From: Dehalococcoidia bacterium | GTDB taxonomy: Bacteria > Chloroflexota > Dehalococcoidia > Lucifugimonadales > VXLM01 | Length of the DNA: 64,000 nucleotides | Direction of reading: 5' to 3' | NCBI GenBank assembly: GCA_963662435.1 | Contig: OY759598.1 | Span: 310,001-374,000 of the forward strand | Shown here: piece by piece, positions 40,306 to 49,028 of the stretch | How positions within the stretch are numbered: the stretch's first letter is position 1 | How the letters are laid out: every line of letters starts with the position of its first letter | Position numbers and translations under genes: made by a program | Notes under the pieces: model-generated | Told to the model about the DNA's origin: nothing | Seen by the model: the letters and a program-made list of their open reading frames with translations, nothing else | Databases searched by the model: none

Positions 40306-41448
40306 CTAGAGCTGCCCGACGACCCTCTTGTGAAAGTAGTTCCAGTCCCATTCCGCGCCCCAACCTGGACCGGAAGGCGGAGCGACGTGGCCGTCGACGA
40401 CTTCGAGAGGATTCAGCATACCGATCTCGGTGGCCGACCGCTCACTGTGCCCCCGGGACTCGCCGAAAGTCTCGTAGTAGCTGGTATTTGAGATCGACGC
40501 GAGCAGATGGGCATGGACGAGCCCGTACAGGCCACCGTAGCCATTCAGTTCGAGGCCGGCGCCGTGCAGTTCTGCGAGATGGGCGAGCTTGAGGATCGCG
40601 GTGGTGCCGTGTCGCGCGTTAGCTCGGACCATGTCCACGGCCCCGGATATAAGCCACTGGGCCTGCAGGTCGACATCGTTCATCATCATTTCGGGACCTA
40701 GTATGGGGATGTCGAGAGCGTCGCAGAGGGCTTTCAGTTTGTTGTGCTGGCGGTCGGGCAGCGGCTCCTCGAACCAGAGGTAGTCCAACTCCTCCAGCGC
40801 TCGTCCGACGCGAAGCGCCTCTTCGAACGTGTAGATGCCGACGGCGTCGTGCATGACTTCTATGTTGGACCCGACGGCATTGCGGACGGCCTCGAACCAC
40901 TGGAGGTTCTCCCGCACCGAATGGTAAAAGTGGTCCTTGACCGCGGTGAAGCCTTCGGCGATCGCCTTACGGGCATCGTCGGCTGCCTCCTCCTTCGAAT
41001 CGCCTCGAATGTTCAGGTAGACGGGCGATCTCTCTCGAACACGGCCAATAAGCGAATAGACAGGGAGGCCAGCGGCCTTCCCGAGGATGTCCCAGAGGCA
41101 GTTGTCGAACGAGCCCAGCCATCCCGGCGGCTGGTACAGCCAGCGTGAGCCGGTGTGCAGCATCTGGTAGAGAAGCTCTCGGTCAAGCGGGTCCTTACCC
41201 ACCACGAGATGGCGGAGTTGTTCCAGCGAGGCCGAGGTCAGGTCTGCCGAGGATCCCGCCTCGGAGGTACACGCACCCAAGATGCCCTCGTCGGTCTCTA
41301 CACGCATCACCGGCATGACGCCGGACTCTATTGAGACGAGTTCATGCTTCCAACGATCTCGCCTCATTCCCGGAAGCAATTCGAGATCGAAGAGTCTTCT
41401 TGCACCGGGGGCCTGAACGAGGTGGACGGTAACGTTTGTAATCTTCAT
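40306..41448 (-). CDS. Mandelate racemase/enolase-superfamily enzyme (possible sugar-acid dehydratase)
   Basis: D..LWDI.GKAAGLPVY.L.G, KDH, MHD, WFEEP, GPE, P.GPGWG. Confidence 0.87.
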   Translation of the reverse strand: MKITNVTVHLVQAPGARRLFDLELLPGMRRDRWKHELVSIESGVMPVMRVETDEGILGACTSEAGSSADLTSASLEQLRHLVVGKDPLDRELLYQMLHTGSRWLYQPPGWLGSFDNCLWDILGKAAGLPVYSLIGRVRERSPVYLNIRGDSKEEAADDARKAIAEGFTAVKDHFYHSVRENLQWFEAVRNAVGSNIEVMHDAVGIYTFEEALRVGRALEELDYLWFEEPLPDRQHNKLKALCDALDIPILGPEMMMNDVDLQAQWLISGAVDMVRANARHGTTAILKLAHLAELHGAGLELNGYGGLYGLVHAHLLASISNTSYYETFGESRGHSERSATEIGMLNPLEVVDGHVAPPSGPGWGAEWDWNYFHKRVVGQL

Positions 41449-41574
41449 GGGAGGGTATGATATTCAAGATACCCCGCTGCTGCCATCCCTAGTGGGCTAT
41501 TGGGCCTTCAGGAAGACTCTGGATGCTGTCCGTATCGGAGAGGGCCAAGATTCATTCAACACTGGGGGGCCGGC

Positions 41575-41733
41575 CTACATTTCGATCTTCTTCCTGCCGG
41601 ACAGGTAGCCCTCCGGCTCCATCTGGAATGCGCGATTGCAGCCTGGACCGCAGAAGTAGTAGGTGACGTCTTCGTGCGTGAAGGTGCCGCCATGCGGCTT
41701 CTCGATGCTCACCTTCATGTTGCAGATGGGGTC
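41575..41733 (-). pseudogene. 5'-truncated diverged copy of the YHS-domain gene
   Basis: Gap-free match to 42572-42730; in-frame stop 7 codons upstream and no N-terminus. Confidence 0.85.
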
Positions 41734-41827
41734 AATTGCAGTAGGGGAAGGCTAGTTGGATAGCGGTTGCGTGTGTATGTCGTAGGAAGTATGATTTTAT
41801 GCATCAGCTATTCATATCGAGGAAACC

Positions 41828-42058
41828 ATGAAAATCTCCGAGCGTGGCCAGATAACCATTCCTAAGCATCTGAGGGAGCGGTTTGGGATGAATCACAACG
41901 TCGAGGTGGAGGTCAGCCCGACGGAGCAGGGACTGCTAATCCGCAAGCGAACGGTGGCGGAGCACCCTGTGGACCGTGTGTACGGGATCCTCGGCAGGGA
42001 CGCACTTGGCGAGGGTGTTAGCGTCGATGACTATATCGAAGAGATCCGGGGAAGATGA
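41828..42058 (+). CDS. AbrB/MazE-family antitoxin
   Basis: MKISERGQITIPK.LRE.FG; ATGA overlap with the PIN gene. Confidence 0.9.
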   Translation: MKISERGQITIPKHLRERFGMNHNVEVEVSPTEQGLLIRKRTVAEHPVDRVYGILGRDALGEGVSVDDYIEEIRGR

Positions 42059-42453
42059 TAACCGCCGTCGATGCTAACGTGTTGTTGGATATATTCATTG
42101 CCAACGACAGGCATGGCCCCCAATCGAAGGAGCGCTTGGTCGCCGCATACGACGCCGGAGCTATTGTCGTCAGCGATGTCGTCTACGCGGAGCTCGTTCC
42201 CGCGTTCCGGGACCGGGCCGCACTGGATAGTGCGCTGCTGGAATTGGGCGCTACCCTCTCGCCGATCGACTCCTCGATCGCCTTCGAGGCGGGGTTGCGG
42301 TGGAAACGATACCGTGCAGCCGGTGGGCCTCGGAATCGGATAATCGCCGACTTTCTTATCGGCGCCCATGCCATGGCGGTCGCAGACGTCTTCTTGACGC
42401 GGGACAGAGGGTTCTTTTCCTCTTACTTCCCCGAACTGTACCGGTCTCCATGA
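42055..42453 (+). CDS. vapC: VapC PIN-domain toxin
   Basis: VDANVL, YAEL, ADFLIGAHA, LTRD. Confidence 0.9.
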   Translation: MITAVDANVLLDIFIANDRHGPQSKERLVAAYDAGAIVVSDVVYAELVPAFRDRAALDSALLELGATLSPIDSSIAFEAGLRWKRYRAAGGPRNRIIADFLIGAHAMAVADVFLTRDRGFFSSYFPELYRSP

Positions 42454-42571
42454 CCTCCGGCGACAATCTCAACGAGTAAAACCACGGCGAATTGCCAGCG
42501 TGTACTGCCCGCCGCCCGCATAAGGACACGTGCCAAAGACGTAACGCCAACCCGATTCATGACGGCCCGGC

Positions 42572-42772
42572 TCACATATCGATCTTCTTCCGGCCGGACA
42601 GGTACTCCTCCGGCTCGTTCTGAAATGCGCGATTGCAGCCTGGACCGCAGAAATAGTAGGTGACGTCTTCGTGCGTGTAGGTGCCGCCATGCGGCTTCTC
42701 GATGCTCACCTTCATGTTGCAGACAGGGTCAGAGGCCTTGGGTGTGGGTTTGCTGAATAGTGGAATCCTCAT
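42572..42772 (-). CDS. YHS-domain protein (putative metal chaperone)
   Basis: DPVC.M.V, YYFC..GC...F...PE.Y; coupled to copA. Confidence 0.88.
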   Translation of the reverse strand: MRIPLFSKPTPKASDPVCNMKVSIEKPHGGTYTHEDVTYYFCGPGCNRAFQNEPEEYLSGRKKIDM

Positions 42773-45072
42773 GATGCCTCCATGTTCGTTCGTTTGAGTC
42801 GCAGGGAGTTGACGATCACGCTGACGGAACTGATGGCCATCGCTCCAGCCGCCAAGATCGGGTTCAGGAATCCAAGCTCACCCAGGGCCGGAGTCAGCAC
42901 CGCAGGCACCCCGTTGGCCGAGAATACGGGATACAGGACGCCTGCCGCGACCGGGATGAGCGCGACGTTATAGGCGAAGGCCCAGAAGAGGTTCTGCCTG
43001 ACCGTCCTCATGGTTTTCCTGCTGATGTCGATTGCCTTCGCAACCCCAATGAGATCGCCACGAATGAGGGTGATGTCGGCCGTCTCCATCGCGATGTCGG
43101 TGCCCGTGGCAACTGCAATGCCCACGTCCGCCTGCGCAAGGGCAGGGGCGTCGTTGATCCCGTCGCCGACCATGGCTACTACCGTTTCATCGCCCTGCAG
43201 TCTCGCGACGTGCTCGGCCTTGTCTGCGGGCAAGACGTTCGCAATCACGCTGTCGATGCCGAGCGACTGCGCAACGGCCTTCGCCGTTGATTCGCCGTCA
43301 CCGGTGAGCATGACAACGTCCACGCCCTGCCGTTTCAGCGCGGAAATGGCGTCCGGAGCGCTTTCCTTAACAGTATCGGAGACGGCCAGCACCCCGACCA
43401 CCTGACCATCCTCTGCCACAAATGACACCGTCTTGCCAGAGCGCGCCATCTCTTCGCCTTGCTCGTCGAGGCCGTTCATGGCAAACCCACAGTTCTCAAC
43501 GAGCCTGAGATTTCCAACAGCCACCTCTCGCCCTTCCATTCGTCCGATGATGCCCAAGCCCGGAAGTGCCGTTGCATCGGTGACGGAAGCGTCTATGGGA
43601 AGGCCTCGATTCTGGGCGGCGGCCACAATGGCCCTGCCGACCGGGTGCTCGGAGGCACGCTCAAGCCTGCCTGCAAGCGCCAGGAGTTCGTCGTCTGAGA
43701 TGCCTTTTGAAACCACGCCGGTCACCTCGGGAACACCCTTGGTCAATGTGCCCGTCTTGTCGAACACGACTACCTGGACTTTATGAGCCCGTTCCAGGGT
43801 CTCGGCGCTTCGAATCAGCACGCCCTGTTCCGCTGCCTTCCCCGTACCCACCATGATGGCGGTGGGCGTAGCGAGTCCCATAGCGCAGGGACAGGCGATT
43901 ATCAGAACGGCGACCGCCGCCACCATCGCGTAGACGTATGACGGGGACGGGCCGATTGCGAGCCAGAGCAGGAATACCGCCGTCGCAATTCCGATGACCG
44001 CCGGAACGAAGTAGCTCGACACCACGTCGGCCAGTCGCTGAATGGGCGCTTTCGAACCCTGCGCCTCCTCCACCAGCCTGATGATTCGCGACAGCACGGT
44101 ATCCTTGCCGACGCCGGTCGCACGAATCGTCATGCTTCCCGTCGTGTTGACGGTCGCGCCGTACACGTCATCGCCCTTGGTCTTTTGCACGGGCATGCTC
44201 TCGCCTGTCAGCACCGACTCATCCACCCACGTCGAGCCCTCGATGACCTCAGCGTCAACGGGAATCCGCTCCCCCGGAAGGACCCTGACCAGATCGCCTA
44301 CGACGACCTTCTCAATTGGGACATCGACCTCATCGCCGTCACGAATGACCTTCGCAGTCTCGGGACGCAGGCCCATGAGGCCCTTGATGGCCTCCGATGC
44401 CTTGCCCTTGGCGCGGGCTTCGAGGTATCTGCCGAGGAGCACAAGCGCGATGATTGCGGCCGACGTCTCAAAGAAGGTCGCAGCCTCGTAGTGGGCGAAT
44501 ATCCACCTGCCGTCGAACGCCGTAACGGCGACGCTGTACCCGTACGCCACCGAAGTGCCTACTGCGATCAGCGTGTTCATGTTGCTCGTGCCCCGCTTCA
44601 GGGCGCCCCAGGCCCCGTCGTAGAACCTCTTCCCCGCCCAAAACTGCACTGGCGTTGCGAGGACGAAAAGGAGGATGTCGAGCCGAAACGGAAGAATGTC
44701 GGGCACGGCGGGAATTGCCATGAGAGCCATAATGAGAAGCCATACCCCGATGCTGAACGCCGCCTTCCCGCGAAGATCGGCGATCTGCCTGGGGTTTCCT
44801 GAAATCTCCTCGTCTGTCCCGACTCCCAGCACGGAGTACCCCGCGTCCTCTATGGCGGATCGAAGGTCGTCGACGTCGGCAACGTCCGCCGTGTATTGGA
44901 CAGTTGCCCGCTCGGTCGCGAGGTTCACATTTGACGATTCGACGCCTTCGACCTCTCGCAGAGCCTTCTCAACGTGGCTCACACAGGCGGCGCACGTCAT
45001 TCCGCCGATATTCAGCGAGATGTTCCTTGTGTCGACCGTCAGTTCGTCGCGTGTTTCCGCCTGAATGGCCAT
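42769..45072 (-). CDS. copA: Cu(I)-translocating P1B-type ATPase
   Basis: CAAC HMA domain, TGES, CPC, DKTGT, HP, GDGIND, YN and MxxSS motifs. Confidence 0.95.
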   Translation of the reverse strand: MAIQAETRDELTVDTRNISLNIGGMTCAACVSHVEKALREVEGVESSNVNLATERATVQYTADVADVDDLRSAIEDAGYSVLGVGTDEEISGNPRQIADLRGKAAFSIGVWLLIMALMAIPAVPDILPFRLDILLFVLATPVQFWAGKRFYDGAWGALKRGTSNMNTLIAVGTSVAYGYSVAVTAFDGRWIFAHYEAATFFETSAAIIALVLLGRYLEARAKGKASEAIKGLMGLRPETAKVIRDGDEVDVPIEKVVVGDLVRVLPGERIPVDAEVIEGSTWVDESVLTGESMPVQKTKGDDVYGATVNTTGSMTIRATGVGKDTVLSRIIRLVEEAQGSKAPIQRLADVVSSYFVPAVIGIATAVFLLWLAIGPSPSYVYAMVAAVAVLIIACPCAMGLATPTAIMVGTGKAAEQGVLIRSAETLERAHKVQVVVFDKTGTLTKGVPEVTGVVSKGISDDELLALAGRLERASEHPVGRAIVAAAQNRGLPIDASVTDATALPGLGIIGRMEGREVAVGNLRLVENCGFAMNGLDEQGEEMARSGKTVSFVAEDGQVVGVLAVSDTVKESAPDAISALKRQGVDVVMLTGDGESTAKAVAQSLGIDSVIANVLPADKAEHVARLQGDETVVAMVGDGINDAPALAQADVGIAVATGTDIAMETADITLIRGDLIGVAKAIDISRKTMRTVRQNLFWAFAYNVALIPVAAGVLYPVFSANGVPAVLTPALGELGFLNPILAAGAMAISSVSVIVNSLRLKRTNMEAS

Positions 45073-45084
45073 TGCCGCACCCCG

Positions 45085-45417
45085 CTAACGCTTGTCCGAC
45101 AGCGAGTAGAGTTCCAGCAGTTCACCCAGCACGTCCTCTTCCCTTCCGGCCTTTACCCTCTTGATCACGCAGCCGTGCAGGTGCCCTTCGAGCAGCACGG
45201 ACTCCAGCTTCTGAATCGCCCTTCGGACCGCAAACGTCTGCTTGAGAACGTCGACGCAGTAGGTGTCCTGCTCAATCATCCGCCGGACACCTCCCAAGTG
45301 CCCTTCGATGTACTTCAGACGCTTCAGTGCGTCCCGTTTCGAGTCGGACAGGTCGGAAGGGGAAGTGGTGTGATGGTCAGTATGCTCAAGATGCGTACCA
45401 GCAGTGTCCGTTGCCAT
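45085..45417 (-). CDS. csoR: CsoR/RcnR-family metal-sensing repressor
   Basis: RLK.IEGH..G..RM, YC..VL.Q, H...C; upstream of copA. Confidence 0.88.
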   Translation of the reverse strand: MATDTAGTHLEHTDHHTTSPSDLSDSKRDALKRLKYIEGHLGGVRRMIEQDTYCVDVLKQTFAVRRAIQKLESVLLEGHLHGCVIKRVKAGREEDVLGELLELYSLSDKR

Positions 45418-45438
45418 ATCGTACCCTCCGTTTACAGA

Positions 45439-45493
45439 ACCCCCCAGCGGGGGGTATGGGTATAGTGTAGGACGCCAGAGGACACGAAGTCAA
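45439..45493 (-). promoter_or_regulatory. csoR-copA promoter with CsoR-type operator
   Basis: TTGACT-18 bp-TACACT on the minus strand; palindrome ACCCCCC-AGC-GGGGGGT at 45439-45455. Confidence 0.72.
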
Positions 45494-45526
45494 CAAGAGT
45501 TGGTGGCAGGGGAGACTTCCTTGCGG

Positions 45527-47149
45527 TCAGGGACCTACCCGCTGCTCTCCCATGATCGAATCGGCGGAGTAGACACGGTACTGAGTTTTCTTGCCGGGCG
45601 AGACGTGAACGACCTCCCATGAGAGCCGGCCTTCCGGTGTGATCTCGATGATCTTGAACGGTCGCGGGTCGGGGAGGAAGTTGCTTCCGTAGAGGACCAA
45701 CGTATTGCCGTTCGGAAGTCGCTCGACGCTGGAACAGCAGATGGCGAAGATAGGGGGATTGTGTTTGAAGTCCCATACGGCGCGCGCGGTATTGTTTCCG
45801 TGGTCGAGCTCCAGTTCCAGCGGCCGCGAGTACTGTCCGCCCTCCTCGTTGGGCCGGTCGTTGCCATTGTCGAACAGGAGGATGTTGCCGTTGGAGAGCT
45901 GTTGTGCGGTGTGCTGTTCGTAGAACCGGTCGTCGGGATTCGGGAACGTGAAATCACTGCCGGGCCCGCCGAGCCTCCACCGCACCTTCTTGAAGTCGGA
46001 CGAAATCGAGACGACCTGGTCGAGGTGACGCAGGCTCAGGATGTAGCTCCCGTCCGGAGCCTGGACCACGGAGTTTGCGTGGCTCCAGTCTTGCACCGAG
46101 CGGTCTCGGTCGCATCCTCCCCACAGGGGGAACCCCGGGAGCCGACGGTCGGAGTCCGGTTCCGTCCTGTCCGACGGGGAGATGTGGTCGAAGATGTTCC
46201 ATACGATCTCGTTCTCGCCCGTTTCCTGGTTCCAGACGCCGATGGTGTCGCCTTCCTGTGGATGCGATGGGTCGCTGTAGCCCTCCCAAAGGATCTCTCG
46301 TGAGAGGTACATGATCCGCCCGTCCGGCAGCACCTGCACCTCGTGATGGATGGGACTGAATGGCGAGCATTCACCGACAAGCTCGTCCACCTTCCTTCCC
46401 ATCGGATCGATTTCGATGAGCCCGCTGCTGGTGGTCCCTCCTTGGTATCCGGCAATGTAGACGATGTTGCCGTTGGCCTTCCGCACCATGCCGTCAGGCT
46501 GCTGTCCCTCTCCCTCGGATGCCTTGAAGTACCAGACTATGTGGCCCTCCGCATCAAATGCCGCCAGGCCGAAGAATCCCTCCTGTCGGTAGTCCATGAA
46601 CGTAAGAGGACGTGTCGGACTCCCACCGAGGACGCTGAACCGCCCCGCCGCCGGCACGTCCGGCAGGGGCCCGGAAGTAAATGACCCCGTGGGTCCTTCG
46701 GTCACCTCAGCCTCGAGGTCCGTGCCGAATACCTGGTACCGATACGTCAAATCGGCCCTTAGTCGCGTAGCGTGAACGGTGTACTCCGTCCCATTCGAGG
46801 GGACCGGCCTGGAGCGAAATCTCCCGTGTGAGTCGTTTTCATATTCGACGTACACGTATCCCGGCGCTTCGACCGTGCCGGTGATCCATGCAATCAGAGA
46901 ATTGTCCGGCTCGAAAGCGGCCTCCGCCGTGAGAACGGTCGGGGCGGGCGGTGGCTTCGGAGTAGGAGTTTCCGGTGGTGAATCTTCGGAACACGCCGTA
47001 AGAATAGCGGTGAAAGCGAGAGCGACAGCCGCTGTCCGTCCATTTGCCCAGAGCTTGTCGAGGGGTCGCTCAGAGTCGGGTGCGTCTGTTCTCGATATCT
47101 CTTCCCCGGAAGGGGAGAGACCGTAGGCCACTGCGGACTTGGTATACAC
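45527..47149 (-). CDS. Arylsulfate sulfotransferase (ASST) lipoprotein
   Basis: IHHE, DWSHANS, SLRH, QH, FDNG, LPNGNTL; lipobox LTAC; true start uncertain. Confidence 0.82.
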   Translation of the reverse strand: MYTKSAVAYGLSPSGEEISRTDAPDSERPLDKLWANGRTAAVALAFTAILTACSEDSPPETPTPKPPPAPTVLTAEAAFEPDNSLIAWITGTVEAPGYVYVEYENDSHGRFRSRPVPSNGTEYTVHATRLRADLTYRYQVFGTDLEAEVTEGPTGSFTSGPLPDVPAAGRFSVLGGSPTRPLTFMDYRQEGFFGLAAFDAEGHIVWYFKASEGEGQQPDGMVRKANGNIVYIAGYQGGTTSSGLIEIDPMGRKVDELVGECSPFSPIHHEVQVLPDGRIMYLSREILWEGYSDPSHPQEGDTIGVWNQETGENEIVWNIFDHISPSDRTEPDSDRRLPGFPLWGGCDRDRSVQDWSHANSVVQAPDGSYILSLRHLDQVVSISSDFKKVRWRLGGPGSDFTFPNPDDRFYEQHTAQQLSNGNILLFDNGNDRPNEEGGQYSRPLELELDHGNNTARAVWDFKHNPPIFAICCSSVERLPNGNTLVLYGSNFLPDPRPFKIIEITPEGRLSWEVVHVSPGKKTQYRVYSADSIMGEQRVGP

Positions 47150-47162
47150 CTTGTTAGCTCAG

Positions 47163-48665
47163 CTACTCGGCGACGCGAATTTCGCCCATGACCGAGTCGA
47201 TGGCGTAGGCACGGAAGCTGCCCTGCATCCGCTCTCCGCTGATCTCAGCCTTGAATAGCTCGGTCCCGTCCGGCCCGACCTCGACGACGACGCGCGGGTC
47301 GGTGACGAAGTTAAGGAGGGTGTTGCCGTTGTCGAGCCTGTACGCGCTGCTCCGATTGACAGCGTAGAGGTCGGGGTCGTGCCGATACTCCCAGACCTTT
47401 CGGGCGACGAGGTCATAGTCGTTGAGCGCCAGTTCCAGGGCGCGGGAGTAGTTGCCGCCCTCCTCTTCGGGACGGTCACGGCCATTGTCGAACATGAGGA
47501 TGTTGCCGTTGGGCAGCTGTTGGGCGGTGTGCTGCCGGTAGAAGCGGTCGGCGGGGTCCTCGAATGTGAAGGTGCTCTCCGGGCCGCCCAGCTTCCACTC
47601 GACTCGCTGGTAATCGGGCGAGATTGAGATTATCTGGCTGAAGTTGGGTATGGAGACGATGATGTTGTCGCGAGGACCGATCTGCAGCGAGTTTGCGCCC
47701 GACCAGCGAATGGGCGGAGTGTGCTCCTGAAGTGTGACCTCGTTGGGGTATGTGGCAATGTTGCCCGTGGCCCAACCCACACGATGCTCCGTGCCGAGGG
47801 CGTCGAAGGCGTTCCAGATCTCGTGTGAAAGCCCCGTCTCCTGGTCCCACACTCGGAGCGCAAGCCCCTCCACCAGCGTCTCGGCGTCACCGTCGTTTGC
47901 CGTGTCGTCGATCACGCGGTACGTCCATGCCGAGTATAGGAGATCCCCGTCCGGCATTAATTCCAATGAGCGGTGCGGGAAGCCGTTCACGGGCCCTGCC
48001 GCGAGGTTGTCGACGATCTTGCCCGTCGGGGTGATCTCTCGGACGCAGCAGATGGCAAACGGGTTGTTGAGCTGGTAGACCAGATTGTAGTTCGGCTTCT
48101 GGACGACCGCCCCTGTCGGGTAGGGAACGTTCTCGACGGGATTAGGACTCACGTAGTACCAGACGATCTGCGCATCGCCGTCCAGCATGAAGAGCACGCT
48201 GCCCTCGATCTCTCTGTGGTCCAGCAAGAGGAGGTCGGACGACGGGGTCCCGGTCGCCTCTATGTTAAGGGTCGAAAGGGATATTGGCAGCTGACCTGTC
48301 GTAAATGATCCCGTGTCGCTGCGGCTCTCCTCCCCGTCTTCCCCCACGGCAACGACGGTGTATGAATACGTCGTTTCCGCTCGCAGCCGAAGCACGGGCA
48401 CCCGGTGTTCGACAGCCGCCTCTTCGGTGGTCGCGGTCCGGAAGTTGCCGGTAGCTGCGTTCTCGTACTCAACGTAGACCGCGCCTTCCCCGTCAAGCGT
48501 GACGGTGATCACTGCGATCAGAGCATTGTCTGGCGAGATCTCTGCCGAATGGCTTGCGATTTCCGGTGGCGCTGTGACGTCTTCGCCGCACGCTGACATT
48601 GTCATGGCCACGATTCCCGCAGCCAAAATCCCCAAGACGGGCGCTTTCAGAGACTCCAAACGCAT
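47163..48665 (-). CDS. ASST-like lipoprotein paralogue with altered active-site motifs
   Basis: QH, FDNG, YSRALE, LDNGNTL retained; HAN to GAN and SLR to SIP; lipobox MSAC. Confidence 0.78.
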   Translation of the reverse strand: MRLESLKAPVLGILAAGIVAMTMSACGEDVTAPPEIASHSAEISPDNALIAVITVTLDGEGAVYVEYENAATGNFRTATTEEAAVEHRVPVLRLRAETTYSYTVVAVGEDGEESRSDTGSFTTGQLPISLSTLNIEATGTPSSDLLLLDHREIEGSVLFMLDGDAQIVWYYVSPNPVENVPYPTGAVVQKPNYNLVYQLNNPFAICCVREITPTGKIVDNLAAGPVNGFPHRSLELMPDGDLLYSAWTYRVIDDTANDGDAETLVEGLALRVWDQETGLSHEIWNAFDALGTEHRVGWATGNIATYPNEVTLQEHTPPIRWSGANSLQIGPRDNIIVSIPNFSQIISISPDYQRVEWKLGGPESTFTFEDPADRFYRQHTAQQLPNGNILMFDNGRDRPEEEGGNYSRALELALNDYDLVARKVWEYRHDPDLYAVNRSSAYRLDNGNTLLNFVTDPRVVVEVGPDGTELFKAEISGERMQGSFRAYAIDSVMGEIRVAE

Positions 48666-48849
48666 TCTTCCCCCGTTCGATTTGCAAATATCACCGATTA
48701 ATTGTTGCAAGGAAGGGGACGAATCTGCAAGAGTACTAAAGGCGCTTCGCATGGAGAATCCAAAACGGCCCGCCGGTCGTAGAAGTATTGTGAGGGAGTG
48801 CAAGGAGAGGCGAGGAACAGGCGAATTGACCATCGCAAAAGGGAAAAGA

Positions 48850-48878
48850 TTGACATCCGGTAGCGAGCCCTTCATAAT
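48850..48878 (+). promoter_or_regulatory. Sigma70-type promoter for the ABC operon
   Basis: TTGACA-17 bp-CATAAT. Confidence 0.65.
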
Positions 48879-49028
48879 GCCCGCCGGTTATCCGCACGTT
48901 AACTTTTGGGTTGGCCCACCAACATCCCAAATCGAAGGCTTGACCCCTAAAGGGACAGCATCGACTGACCCCGTTTGCCGGTATAGGTCATTACAAAACT
49001 TAGGAATCAATTTTAGGAGGAGAGGTGC

